A stretch of 64,000 bases of DNA from IMG/VR virus record IMGVR_UViG_3300029305_003110, positions 1-64,000 of that record. One strand, written 5' to 3'. The notes below the pieces were generated by a model. The model was not told the DNA's origin. It saw only the letters and a list, made by a program, of their open reading frames with translations, and made no database searches. Below, piece after piece: positions 52,020-63,368 of the stretch. Within the stretch, counting starts at the first letter, position 1; the number at the start of each line of letters is the position of its first letter. The translations under genes were made by a program, and so were the position numbers. The DNA is from a virus (taxonomy: Duplodnaviria; Caudoviricetes).

Positions 52020-53300
52020 GTGATATTTATGCCTATATTGGTAGATAATTATACAATAAGACATATTGTACAAGAGGCATACTATGGAAAATCAAAAGAA
52101 CTTATTTTGATTGAAAAAGAATTGGATAAGGTCATAAAAGCTATTAAACGTGAAACTAATGCATCCGCATTAAATAAATCTAAAGACACCAATACAATAA
52201 ATAACTCAGATTCTGTAAAAATGGTAAATATGTTATTTAAAAAAGCATTTGGAGTAAAAGATTTCATATTAACATTTTATACCGGCTCGCAGTTTATACC
52301 AAACAACATGAGTATGAATGCATATACACTCCCTCAAACATTAACAGTATTTCACCATGATTGGAAGAAAGGTGGAATGAGGGCAAACGCCGATAATTTA
52401 ATTGTAAATGTCCATGTAGATAAATTGCTTATTGTTAATTGTGATTTTACTGCAGAAGAATTGATGGGTATTATATTGCATGAAATTGGTCATAATTTCG
52501 ATGCATCCATATTTAAATTAATAGCACATAATCTACCTCCAATAGGTGTGATGTTGGATAAAGAAATTAAAGTTAATTACCCGCAGTTATTGTTACAAAA
52601 TATAGTTAGTGGTATTTATAAAGAACTTGGAATAGGTAAATTATATTCAGCAATCCAAGGATTTATTGAGAATTTGCTCGAAAAAGCTCCGGGGTTACAA
52701 AAATTTATAGACTTCGTATCAAATACAACAGCGTCACTTTCTTATATTTATGGTACGATTTTATTTCCTGTCAATGTAATAACTAATGCGGGAGTTTTAT
52801 TTAAAAATAGACTATTAAGATTTGATTTATTCGGTTATGCCGGAGAAAAGTATTCGGATAGTTTTGCTACAGCATATGGCTATGGCAATGGATTATCCAC
52901 AGCTATGACTAAAATGGAAAAACGCACATTTATTAAAGGAGTAGATGAAATTCGTAAAATTCCTGTAGCAAATGTAGTATTTGATTTAGCAGAAACAACT
53001 GCTCGTATTGTGACATTTGGTGTAGATTGTCATCCTGATGAAGCTATACGCATATTATCTCAATTGAAAAAAATGAAAAGAGATATTAAAGATCCATCAA
53101 TCCCATCATCTGTACGAAAGCAATTAGAATCAGATATTGTTGAACAAGAAAAGATTTTAAAAAAATTTACAAGTAAAGAATATTATGTAAAAGAAGGCAG
53201 AATATTCAGTATGATGTGGAACAAAATGCTTATTGAAGTATTTGATGGTAAACTCGACCCAAGAGAACTTGTTGAATTGGTCGCAAGACATGAGGAATAA
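52020..53300 (+). CDS. Zincin-like metallopeptidase domain protein, possibly virion-associated
   Basis: EELMGIILHEIGH (HExxH), downstream EKYSDSFA and HP motifs. Confidence 0.7.
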   Translation: MIFMPILVDNYTIRHIVQEAYYGKSKELILIEKELDKVIKAIKRETNASALNKSKDTNTINNSDSVKMVNMLFKKAFGVKDFILTFYTGSQFIPNNMSMNAYTLPQTLTVFHHDWKKGGMRANADNLIVNVHVDKLLIVNCDFTAEELMGIILHEIGHNFDASIFKLIAHNLPPIGVMLDKEIKVNYPQLLLQNIVSGIYKELGIGKLYSAIQGFIENLLEKAPGLQKFIDFVSNTTASLSYIYGTILFPVNVITNAGVLFKNRLLRFDLFGYAGEKYSDSFATAYGYGNGLSTAMTKMEKRTFIKGVDEIRKIPVANVVFDLAETTARIVTFGVDCHPDEAIRILSQLKKMKRDIKDPSIPSSVRKQLESDIVEQEKILKKFTSKEYYVKEGRIFSMMWNKMLIEVFDGKLDPRELVELVARHEE

Positions 53301-53312
53301 ATAAAAAAAATA

Positions 53313-53344
53313 ATGGAATACACGAAATTAATCGTGTATTCCAT
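53313..53344. terminator. Bidirectional terminator
   Basis: ATGGAATACACGA/TCGTGTATTCCAT between convergent genes. Confidence 0.7.
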
Positions 53345-53527
53345 ATTTCTTATTTATTTATCTTCGGATGAAGAATTGGATCGATAATAGATTTGATGAT
53401 GGTTTTTAACGAACTATCATTAGTTTTCTTTTCGCCAGTAAGAATAGGAAATTGGTTACCAACATCACCATCATCGAAAAACTTAGGATCTAGATCTGAT
53501 TTAAGTCTTTTTTTCATAATTCTAACC

Positions 53528-56500
53528 TCAATTCTCTTTTATATCTATAATAACTTCACCTTTTCTAACAGGTAATAATTTCTTACCTTTAGATAATCTT
53601 GGTAGTTCTGGAACTTCTTCCATTTTAATTTCCTCAATACTTGATGTTAAATATGCTTTAAAGATTTCATTACCTTTTACAGTTTTTATTAACTGCACAC
53701 CATCATCCGATTCTACTGAAATAATCTTTAATGGTTTAGCATTTCGTTCCATTGTATTGAAATTATTTAATGTGCATAATTTGCCAAAACCTTTTTTAGA
53801 CAATGCGAATAAATATTGGTCTTTATCACCAATAACATCCATCCCTAATACACTTTCTCCTTCACCAAGAGGAAGTGCTCGAATTCCAACAGTCATACGA
53901 CTCGTCTCTTTAATTTCAGATGAATTAAATCGTACGCCATAACCCGTATTAGTATATATAACGATATCTTTATCACCAGCTATTAATTTAACAGATACAA
54001 GTTTATCATCATCCTTGACTATCAATCCGAGTAGTTCGTTTTTGATATTGGTGTATGCACTTGCTAAAGTTTTCTTAATAATACCATTAGAGGTTATCAT
54101 CAAATAATATACTGGAACTTTTACTTTATCAAGCTCTTCAATAGTCGGTTTAGATTTTATGGTTGTAATCTTACCATTTATTGTGCAATAATCTGATAAT
54201 TTATTGCCCTCGCTATTTAACACACAACCGTGTATCGAATGTACCGGTAGTTTAGAAATCTTTCCGCTCTCATCAAATATTAATAAATCGGATGTATTCT
54301 TACATTCGATGATTTCTCTCGGATAATCACCTTTATTAATAAACCCAACATTTTTAATATTATCTGGTAACTTCTTAACAAAACCATTCGATGTGAATAC
54401 CATGACATGATCGGTATCACGAACCTTAACTTCATTATCAACATTTATGATTTGACTTCTGCGTTCTTCACCAAATAATTCAATTCCTTCTTTTAACTCA
54501 TCTTTAATAATTTTATCAATTTTCTTTGCTGAGCGGACTATTTTGTCAATTTTTATAACTTCAGCATCAATCTCTTCTTTTTCTTTAACATATCGTCTAT
54601 ATGCTTCTTTTGAGAACGCTGTTAATGTCATATTGGCAATTGTGGTCGCTTGTAATGAAGATATACCGTACATCTTCATTAACCCTTCAATAATTTCTTT
54701 CTTAGATTCAGACTTCTTAATTAAACCTATAGTCTTCTCAGCATTATCTTTATTGAGGATAAATAACATAATTTCCAATATATGCTGACGTTCTCTAGCT
54801 TTTGTCAATTTATGGTTATATAAACGACGTTTTGTTTCCCTACGAAAATCAATCCAAGTTAATAATATACTTTTTATAGTATAATCGTTGTCTTCATAGT
54901 CTTCTATCAATTTAAATACTACAGGGAATGTCTTCTCCATCTGAGTCTTTGAATAAATCATATGCATTATTGAATATGGATCCACTTCTTTTTTAAGAAT
55001 AATTTCATAATGCATAAATCCAATATCAGAATGGTCGATAAAGTCTTTCATCATATTATTTTTTCCATCATTTAATAATGAAAATACTTGCGCCTTTATC
55101 TTATTCCAAAATGCCTGTAATGGTGTAGATTTAATGTGAAGAGAATTTCTATCTTCATCAATCTCAATAACACCCCTCATCTTAAAACGACCTGTGCCAA
55201 CTTTTGATATTTCCGGAAATTGACCTTGGTCGACTATATAAGCACCGGTCGGTGAGTCCGGGAATAATACAATATCATCAATGTTTGGATTGTCTATTAA
55301 TTCTATTGTCGTTTCCAAAACTTCTTTTAAGTTATACGTACAAATCGATGTTGAGATACCATCATTTATCTTCCATATGAGTCGTTAATTCATATACGTT
55401 CTCTTATGAACTGCTATATATTTCTATATAGATGAGACTATATCTTCATCTTATAAATAAGATGCCCTCCATTTCCACTCACTTGAGTGTACGTCTTTCG
55501 ACTAGTCGTTGAACCTTTTTATATATTTATTTATAATGTCTTTATGTCTATCTTGTTTTCTTATATGTGATAATAATGAATTTAATTTAATAATGTTATA
55601 ATCCGCATATTGATATTTGGATATAATATAATCCCGTATTTCAACATTTGTTAATTTTTCAATATACATCTTTTCACATATTTCATGTATTAATTCGGAC
55701 CGATATACGCAGTTTGGGTGTTCGTCGCCCTTGCGTGGATTTAAAAAACCACCATCCCGAGCTTCTATTTGATTATATTGATTATCACACCACTCTAAAT
55801 TCTCATAATAATTATTCAAAGAATCATTATCGAGGTGATGAACAAAATCAAATTTTTCAGGATTTGTATTTGGTACAAATTCCCACGCCACTAATCGATG
55901 AATACTAACATCGACATATTGTCTCTGTTTATCAATCACACTATCTTTTGCTAATACAACTTGAAGGTATGCCCGTTCGCGCATAGTATTAAACGAAATT
56001 CGCGATTTGCTTGCCGGTGATAATAATTTATTAGTAATTAAACTATATACACGCCCATGGTTGCTAATCATATAACTATTCTTTTTAACCGATGGGTAAG
56101 TTATAGTTTTCCATATTTCAGGTTTTTTAATAAAAATATACATCATCGTCAACACCTCCTCTTAAAATATTATAGACTTTAATAAATATATAAACTTGGC
56201 TGCTGATTGTCTTCAACTTTACTTGTTAAGAGTTTCCAGCAATTAAAAGGGTTTGCTACATATATCACTATATGCAGGGACTTATATTTCAAATCCAATT
56301 CCAAAAGTATTATTTATTAATACATTTGGATATCGTGAAGGTAAGAATTCTGGTTCTTTTTTATTACCAAGATAATTCAATTTCATATCAACGATATCTT
56401 CACTAAATTCTTCAAAGAAACATTTATAAGCATAATATGATAATCTTGCCTCAATATAACGACCGCTCGCTGCAGGATCTCCAGATGGGCTACCAAAGTT

Positions 56501-56842
56501 ACCCTGACCCTCAACCAGACATTGTATGTTATTCCAAGGCTGTGCTAATTTTACCAATGTTTCTGAAACTGGAATTTCGCCATGTGGATGAAAATCTAAT
56601 GTGTTTCCGACAATAGATGCTACCTTTAAAAATGAGCCTTTATAACTAAGCCCTAATGAATACATTGTATAAAGTATTCGTCTTTCTCCTATCTTTAATC
56701 CATCAAACACACCCGGCAAATGTCTCATAAGATTATTATTTGCAGCAAATATTTTCATATAATCCATACATGCTGAACTCATATTAACGTTGTCTATTCC
56801 CGAGTTGTAATTTGCATCTTTTTTATTTTTCTTTTTTGCCAT
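53528..56842 (-). CDS. gyrA: Type IIA topoisomerase subunit A (GyrA/ParC-like); spliced from exons 56842-56293 and 55362-53528 (~794 aa)
   Basis: DGLK...RRILY, HPHG, GQGNFGS, catalytic RY in ASGRYIEARL; the splice gives FGIGYGISTSICTYNL (cf. GIAVGMATNIPPHNL); beta-pinwheel CTD. Confidence 0.9.
55363..56292 (-). mobile_element. Group I intron in gyrA carrying an HNH endonuclease
   Basis: P1 GGAU/GUCC with U-G; AAUUGCUGGAA, AAUCAGCAGC, GUUCAACGACUA, AAGAUAUAGUC core; terminal G at 55363; exon sum 2385 nt is in frame. Confidence 0.88.
55502..56155 (-). CDS. Intron-encoded NUMOD4/HNH homing endonuclease
   Basis: EIWK...YMISNHGRVYS...IHRLVAWEF...VHHLDNDSLNNYYENLEW. Confidence 0.88.
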   Translation of the reverse strand: MLTMMYIFIKKPEIWKTITYPSVKKNSYMISNHGRVYSLITNKLLSPASKSRISFNTMRERAYLQVVLAKDSVIDKQRQYVDVSIHRLVAWEFVPNTNPEKFDFVHHLDNDSLNNYYENLEWCDNQYNQIEARDGGFLNPRKGDEHPNCVYRSELIHEICEKMYIEKLTNVEIRDYIISKYQYADYNIIKLNSLLSHIRKQDRHKDIINKYIKRFND

Positions 56843-56952
56843 AATAATCGTTTCTCCTTTTACAGTTTATAACTAATTTTCTTATAAGATAGTTCGATGA
56901 TATATTACTATCTATACTGGTATAATATATCATCGAACTACAGTTTGTTTAA

Positions 56953-57918
56953 TTATTTTGTAAAAAGACAATTTAATATGTGATTATTAAATTTACCTTT
57001 CATCGGATAACCAGCAGCGTGTTTATGACCACCACCACCAAATTTCCTAGCGATTTCAGACACATCAACGTCGTCTTTAGTTGAACGGAGGCTCACCTGT
57101 TCCTCATCAACTAATATAAGTGCAGCAAAATCGATATTATCATTTGTCTCACATATATGATTACCTAATTCAGATACATACTCTTCCGCATATAAAACAG
57201 CCACAGTATAATCCTCATATTTAACTAGTTGAATACGTTTCATTTTGTTTTTAAAGTACTTATCCTTTTTCATATGAACACATTTAATTATACCTCTATC
57301 TTCTTGAGATAGTATAGATGTTTGTATCGGGTCTAATATAGTGGATACCATTTTATTTATAAACTCATCCCTGTCATATACTTTAAATAAATAATTCAAA
57401 TCGAGTGCATCACTCCCCAATACAGAATCATTTTTCCATTCAAATGTATCATATAAGCGAACCAGTTCTACAAATCTATGACATTTTTGCATAACTAAAT
57501 CGTCATGTTCAATTATCCCATCTATTTTATTATTCCAAATCATATCCCAGAAAATACGAGTACCGCATGTTGGTCTAATTCCATCAATTGTCACATTCAC
57601 ATTTGCCCATGAATAGTCATTCAGCCATTCTGCGGTTTTATGATGATCGTATAATTTAGTTTTCTCACGTTCAGAATTTATGTTATGCATATCTAAACAT
57701 TTAGCATTAATTTCACTGACCGATAAATCGGTTATAAATACATTTTCATACTTATGTATGTCTTGATTTTGGAATATTTTAATAATAAATTCATCAATAT
57801 TTGTCGGATTACAAAACTGAATATATTTACTCTTAAAGAATATTTCCATCAAAACAGCACATCCAATTCCATCTAAATCGGAATCCGTTATTAATAAATT
57901 TTTAGCATAAGTAGTCAT
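56953..57918 (-). CDS. DHH/DHHA1 family phosphoesterase
   Basis: DSDLDG, ITDLS, DHH, SLRS, GGGGHKHAAG. Confidence 0.88.
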   Translation of the reverse strand: MTTYAKNLLITDSDLDGIGCAVLMEIFFKSKYIQFCNPTNIDEFIIKIFQNQDIHKYENVFITDLSVSEINAKCLDMHNINSEREKTKLYDHHKTAEWLNDYSWANVNVTIDGIRPTCGTRIFWDMIWNNKIDGIIEHDDLVMQKCHRFVELVRLYDTFEWKNDSVLGSDALDLNYLFKVYDRDEFINKMVSTILDPIQTSILSQEDRGIIKCVHMKKDKYFKNKMKRIQLVKYEDYTVAVLYAEEYVSELGNHICETNDNIDFAALILVDEEQVSLRSTKDDVDVSEIARKFGGGGHKHAAGYPMKGKFNNHILNCLFTK

Positions 57919-57943
57919 TGTTTCTCCTCCTCAATTTAAAAAA

Positions 57944-58258
57944 TTAAATCATCTCTGTTAAATATTTTTCTAAAAATTCATTTTTATCTATATCTCTATT
58001 ATTTTCTTTAGAAACATATGCCCATGCAAATGTCAGCATTGCAACAAAATTGTTTCCTGTATCAGCAATATGATCAAGCTGTTCATCTGTAAAATCATTT
58101 TTAGATTTTAATATGTTATAGAAATCTGCATAGTCTTGTTTACTATATGATGTGGATAAATTAGTATTATCCACATCATATGAATCTGCAATTTTATTAA
58201 ATAAATCATAATCGTCGTCAAGAACTGCCATTGCTTTAGAATGTTTTATTTCATTCAT
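57944..58258 (-). CDS. Hypothetical protein
   Basis: 104-aa ORF coupled to the gyrB stop. Confidence 0.6.
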   Translation of the reverse strand: MNEIKHSKAMAVLDDDYDLFNKIADSYDVDNTNLSTSYSKQDYADFYNILKSKNDFTDEQLDHIADTGNNFVAMLTFAWAYVSKENNRDIDKNEFLEKYLTEMI

Positions 58259-60651
58259 TAGTTATCGAGATCCTCTCTATTTATTCTAAAATGTTCCATC
58301 ATTAGCTTTCTTTCGTCAGATTCATCACCATGAAGAATGTTAAATGTTGATAAATCCTTCTCAATATCATCAACTGTTAAACGAATAAGAATTCTGTTAT
58401 CTGGATCAAGAGTAGTATCTCTTAATTCTGCCGGTTTTAATTCACCAAGTCCTTTATAACGAGCTTGTATTAATGGCTGGAATTTATTACTTAACCCTAA
58501 GAATTCGCCGAGAGTCATGACTCCTCTGTCTATCAAATCATCACCGTTCTTTTCTTTTACGACGAAATACATATGGTCTTTATTGATATCATGAATATAT
58601 CTATCGAGTTCCTTTGTTCTCTTATCAAATAACTTATCCATTATCAGTATTTGATATTTTCCTTCATATATACCACTCATAACATTGTCTTCATCGATAA
58701 CCAATTCTGGATATTTCTTTTTAAATTTCTTATAGAAATCCTTATCATGTCTATGAATTGATATATATTCCAATACGAATGGATTAATTGCCAAATGATT
58801 CGATGTTCTCTGAAGTTCTTCAAAATAATTTCTATTAACCATCAATAGATCCTGCAACTCTAAGTTTGTGTACGGGGTCTTAGAGTCAATATCATACAGT
58901 AGAATATTGTCACGAATTTGTTTTTCAAATATCTGTACGTATTCTTGCTTATTTAATATAAATTCTTTATACTTACTCTTAATTCTATATAGAGGAGCTA
59001 CTGCTTTATAAATATATCCTCTCTTAACCAATTCAGGCAAGTGTGTTATAAAGAATGCACACAATAGAGATGTAATATTAAATCCATCAGAATCTGAGTC
59101 TGATAATATAATGATTTTATTATATTTTAATTTGTTAATGTCAAAACGTTCCCCTATATTACAACCTAAAATCTTAACCAAAGTTCTGAATTCATCATTC
59201 AGCAATACTTTATCAAGCTTAGCACCAAAAGCATTCAACGGAACACCACGAAGAGCAAATATGGCTTGAGTATCTCTATCAAAACGTCCTTCAGAAGAAG
59301 AACCTTTTGCGGATTTTCCCTCAATCAAGAATAGTTCACGATAATCATTTTTACCTTTATTATTTGCTGGGTTAAAGTTTTCCATTAAAAACTCTTCATA
59401 GTTATTTGCTTCACCACGAATAACAGAATTTCTCAATTTAGTAGATTCTACTCTGGCTTTTGCATTTAATTTAATTCTATCCGAAATCTTTTTAAGTTCT
59501 TTAGGATTCTCTTTAAAATATTCAAATAATGCAGCATATGTTAATTCGCGAATAGGTTTAAATAAGAATGAATTTCCAACTTTTTCTTTTGTCTGACCAG
59601 TGAACTGTGGTTGAAATGTCGTATTTAAATATACTGTCATAACTAACCCTTGGGTTATATCTGAAGGTATAATGTCATACTTTTTACTATCCCTTTCGCT
59701 CAAAGCATCCCTTGTCATTTTTCCTAAATACTGAACGAGTCCTTGACGAACACCATCAACATGAATACCACCATCAATAGTATTTACAAAGTTACAGAAT
59801 GAATCTGTTGTAAATTCTACACTATTGGCATCATATGTAAATGCGACTTCTATACCCAAGAATCTTTCATATTTTTCACCATGGAAAGTTTCTGTCATTT
59901 TTGTTGTTTTAATAAAGTGTATTGGTGATACTAAAGGTTTATTACACATCTTCTTTATATAGTCATATAACCCGTCTTTATTAGAATATTTCTTAGTGAC
60001 TAAAGACTCTTTTCCTTTTTTCTTAATACTTAAATTAATCTTTATATCTGATGGTACTAAATAAATTATTTTATCCAACCAAGTGATTAAATCATCAGCA
60101 ATGATATCACAATCATCGCCCATGAAAAATTTACTCGGCTGCATAACAAATGTTGTACCATGCTTATCTTCATTTTTAATTTTTGTAGTAACAACTCCAT
60201 CCTTTGTTTTACCACGACAAAATTCAACTTTAGATTTTTCTCCATATCTATGAACTATAATTTCAAATTTTTCTGATAAGGAATTGGCAGCAGTTATGCC
60301 GACACCATTTTCCCCGGCACTAGAACTTGAGGATAGTCTATCAAATTTAGAACCAGATTGTAATTTTGTAGATACAACTATCATGCTTTCCGGTGCAATT
60401 CCACGACCATTATCGGATACAGTGATCGTATTTTCAGCTTCATCTAAAAATATATCAATAGTATCGCCTGGTGAATTTTTATTTATACACTCATCAATAC
60501 CATTATTTATCAACTCTTTTGCGAGATGTAATGAGCCTGCTGACCCAAGATATGAGATATACATATTTGGCTTCGTTTGGATTTTCTCTATATCATCCTC
60601 TTTATGCTCAATAACATCATCAATAAATCTTTTGGTTGACATATTTATCAC
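58258..60651 (-). CDS. gyrB: Type IIA topoisomerase subunit B (GyrB/ParE-like)
   Basis: ELINNGIDE, DNGRGI, GENGVG (GHKL ATPase); EGKSA, LRG, DSDSDG (TOPRIM); RYKGLGE. Confidence 0.92.
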   Translation of the reverse strand: MINMSTKRFIDDVIEHKEDDIEKIQTKPNMYISYLGSAGSLHLAKELINNGIDECINKNSPGDTIDIFLDEAENTITVSDNGRGIAPESMIVVSTKLQSGSKFDRLSSSSSAGENGVGITAANSLSEKFEIIVHRYGEKSKVEFCRGKTKDGVVTTKIKNEDKHGTTFVMQPSKFFMGDDCDIIADDLITWLDKIIYLVPSDIKINLSIKKKGKESLVTKKYSNKDGLYDYIKKMCNKPLVSPIHFIKTTKMTETFHGEKYERFLGIEVAFTYDANSVEFTTDSFCNFVNTIDGGIHVDGVRQGLVQYLGKMTRDALSERDSKKYDIIPSDITQGLVMTVYLNTTFQPQFTGQTKEKVGNSFLFKPIRELTYAALFEYFKENPKELKKISDRIKLNAKARVESTKLRNSVIRGEANNYEEFLMENFNPANNKGKNDYRELFLIEGKSAKGSSSEGRFDRDTQAIFALRGVPLNAFGAKLDKVLLNDEFRTLVKILGCNIGERFDINKLKYNKIIILSDSDSDGFNITSLLCAFFITHLPELVKRGYIYKAVAPLYRIKSKYKEFILNKQEYVQIFEKQIRDNILLYDIDSKTPYTNLELQDLLMVNRNYFEELQRTSNHLAINPFVLEYISIHRHDKDFYKKFKKKYPELVIDEDNVMSGIYEGKYQILIMDKLFDKRTKELDRYIHDINKDHMYFVVKEKNGDDLIDRGVMTLGEFLGLSNKFQPLIQARYKGLGELKPAELRDTTLDPDNRILIRLTVDDIEKDLSTFNILHGDESDERKLMMEHFRINREDLDN

Positions 60652-60902
60652 TCCTCAACATCATAAACTTCAATAGTTGTAACAGGAAAAACATCGAAAT
60701 TATTATCCTCTCCAAATGCTTCAATAACTTCTTTTTGTTTTTCTTCGGTTAAATCCTGAATATATATTTCTATTATTTTTGGATCGTTCATATTAATTCC
60801 CCTTTCTATTTAATTCATATAAATGTTTTATCCATAATATACTTTCACATCCCACTATATACAGGGTTTTATTTATGGAACATATAAAATTTTGACAAAA
60901 AA

Positions 60903-60935
60903 ATATACGATGGAATATTAAATCCCATCGTATAT
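60903..60935 (-). terminator. Terminator hairpin
   Basis: AATATACGATGG/CCATCGTATATT. Confidence 0.6.
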
Positions 60936-60967
60936 TGTATGATTACATGTGCACATGCAACCATGTT

Positions 60968-61456
60968 TTAGAATCTACTGCCTTTTTTCTTTCCGCCGCT
61001 TAAACTAATAGCGCTACCAATACCATAAGCACCGAAATCGTCATCGTGTTTCTTCTTGTTGTTCTTCTTATTCTTACCAAATGCGTTAATTGTTCTCTTA
61101 TAGAGTTCAACGATTTCGAAAGAGTTGTAATCGAAATCACCAAGAGTTACGATAACTGAACGTTCTTTTTCCGGATCATCGGAGAATGCTTTAATCTGGT
61201 TTACTGCGTTATGCATAACCATCTGTGCATGTTCAAGCTCTTCAAACGGAATTGTTTTGAAATCGAATTTTGTTCCGCATTTCTTGCATTTTGCTAAAGT
61301 ACTGTTATTAATAAAGTCAACCTTTATTTTACCATTACTGTTAGAATGTGAGCACGGAATTTTAACTTTTCTCAACTTCTTTTCAATTTTCTTCTGTTCT
61401 TCCTGCAAATCCCTCATTGACTGAAATTCGCTTGTTTTCTTGTCTTTCTTTGACAT
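60968..61456 (-). CDS. Basic hypothetical protein with a Cys/His cluster
   Basis: CSH...CKKC; GGAGG RBS; TATATATTAT motif at 61526-61535. Confidence 0.7.
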   Translation of the reverse strand: MSKKDKKTSEFQSMRDLQEEQKKIEKKLRKVKIPCSHSNSNGKIKVDFINNSTLAKCKKCGTKFDFKTIPFEELEHAQMVMHNAVNQIKAFSDDPEKERSVIVTLGDFDYNSFEIVELYKRTINAFGKNKKNNKKKHDDDFGAYGIGSAISLSGGKKKGSRF

Positions 61457-61554
61457 AGATTTAAACCTCCTATAAAAAATTAATTATAATCAACAAAATG
61501 ATTTTACTCATTTGTTGCTAGGTGAATAATATATAATTTAAATATTCTTTAATA

Positions 61555-61836
61555 TTATCCTCTGATACTTATTCTATCATACATGTTTATATCCGTAATA
61601 GACTTATCTGCAACCATTATGCATTGAACCGTCTCTATTGGTTTAATTACATGGTATGGTTTTACACGAGAATCAAATGATACTGTTTGAAGACATTCAA
61701 TATCTTCAATATACATCGTAGCTAATGAGAATTCCCCTTTACCAAAAGTTATTCCGGCAGAGTTATCGAATCCAATGCCGATGATGTTCTCCTCACCATA
61801 ATACTCTACTATCTTTTTAAATAATGCTCCATCCAT
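61555..61836 (-). CDS. Hypothetical protein
   Basis: 93-aa ORF, AGGAG RBS. Confidence 0.65.
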   Translation of the reverse strand: MDGALFKKIVEYYGEENIIGIGFDNSAGITFGKGEFSLATMYIEDIECLQTVSFDSRVKPYHVIKPIETVQCIMVADKSITDINMYDRISIRG

Positions 61837-61857
61837 AATATTATCTCCTTTCTATAC

Positions 61858-62052
61858 TTATTTTTTTCGTTTTCTTTTTCCTTTACCATGATTTAAATTA
61901 TATTTTCGTTTTATATATTTTATCTTATCTGGTAAAGTCATAGAATTACAAAATTCTTTTTCTGCAATTATAGGGGCTAAAAATTTACTGTTAACATCAG
62001 TACCCCTGTCATTCATAATGTCTAACATCTTGTCAGATACTCTAACACTCAT
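61858..62052 (-). CDS. Small basic hypothetical protein
   Basis: GGGGTG RBS; AACA-N6-TA at 62070-62081. Confidence 0.6.
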   Translation of the reverse strand: MSVRVSDKMLDIMNDRGTDVNSKFLAPIIAEKEFCNSMTLPDKIKYIKRKYNLNHGKGKRKRKK

Positions 62053-62079
62053 ATTATCACCCCTAGAATTATTATAATG

Positions 62080-63258
62080 TTATAATGCTAATATTAAGCC
62101 ATTAGATGCTCTTGTTATTGCAGTATATAGCCATTTTCGATAAAAATCTCTATCACCCATAACTTCATCGTATATAAATACATTTTCATATTCGGAACCT
62201 TGAGAAAGGTGAGTTGTTATAGCATACGCATATTCAAATTGGTCATAATAACTTCGACCTTTTTTCTTTTGATTAAATGGGGCTGTTAAATATTCGAAAT
62301 CTATTTCGATATTTTCAAACATTTTATTCTTTAAAAACTCTGGTCTGAAATCTATCTTTATAGAACGTCCATTAAATGATTCCATGTTAACATCCTCAAT
62401 ATATCCTACCATACCATTAATTAGAAATATATTCTCCATTAATCTTCTATTCCAATTATTTCTCCTACATATAACTTTATCACCAATTATCGGATATTGT
62501 TTATTGATTTTTAATATATCTTCACGTATTCTCCTATTTAATTCATCACGAGTTCTATTTCTACCACATATAACAATATCTGAATTTGTTAGCATATTAT
62601 CTGTTATCATATCCTTTTTTATAACGTATGAATTACCATACTTTCCTATTTTAATATAATCACCATGCATTGCTTTCATTGCTAAATGAATTATAGGACT
62701 ATCTAATGCTTGCCTCATTGGTTCAGTCAATTCGACATCTGGATGATTTAGAAAATAGGAATTTCCAAATATAGGTGGTAACTGATTATTATCCCCTAAT
62801 ACGATTACTGGTATATCAAAACTCAATATATCTTTAGCAATATTTTCAGGAACCATAGCACCTTCATCAACAACTATAAGTTTTATATTACTAGGCAGAT
62901 AATCTTTTTTAATAAATTCAAGTTTATCAACTACTCTATTATTTTCTAAAACAACATTACCCAATTCATCAACCATAGGAACTTTTCTTAATTCATATAT
63001 TGAACTATGAATTGTCTGTGCAAAATTCCCCTTCATAGCAAGTGCCAATGTCGCTTTCCCAACATATGCCATAAATAAAACATCATCATGGTCTAAACCC
63101 AACTCATCTATAAGTGTATAAACTATAGTTGTCTTTCCTGTTCCTGCAGCTCCTGATATTTCAAATACTTGCTTATCTTGGGTTTTCCACCATTTAATAG
63201 TCTTCTCTTTTGCAAGTTTTTGTTGTTCAGTTAATTCGAATTTTACTATGTTAATCAC
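62080..63258 (-). CDS. Superfamily 1B helicase (Dda/RecD-like)
   Basis: GAAGTGKTT, VVDEG, GDNNQLPPI, RQ, YAITTHLSQGSEY, YTAITRA. Confidence 0.9.
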   Translation of the reverse strand: MINIVKFELTEQQKLAKEKTIKWWKTQDKQVFEISGAAGTGKTTIVYTLIDELGLDHDDVLFMAYVGKATLALAMKGNFAQTIHSSIYELRKVPMVDELGNVVLENNRVVDKLEFIKKDYLPSNIKLIVVDEGAMVPENIAKDILSFDIPVIVLGDNNQLPPIFGNSYFLNHPDVELTEPMRQALDSPIIHLAMKAMHGDYIKIGKYGNSYVIKKDMITDNMLTNSDIVICGRNRTRDELNRRIREDILKINKQYPIIGDKVICRRNNWNRRLMENIFLINGMVGYIEDVNMESFNGRSIKIDFRPEFLKNKMFENIEIDFEYLTAPFNQKKKGRSYYDQFEYAYAITTHLSQGSEYENVFIYDEVMGDRDFYRKWLYTAITRASNGLILAL

Positions 63259-63294
63259 CCTCTTTCATGTGACATAATACAAGTTTATCGTATT

Positions 63295-63318
63295 TATTTC
63301 TTTGTTAACAATTAAATA
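63295..63318. promoter_or_regulatory. Back-to-back putative late promoters (AACA-N6-TA on each strand)
   Basis: TATTTCTTTGTT|AACAATTAAATA between divergent genes. Confidence 0.5.
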
Positions 63319-63368
63319 ATAATATAATTTATAATATATTGGTTAATTAATATATCAGGAGTGATGAT

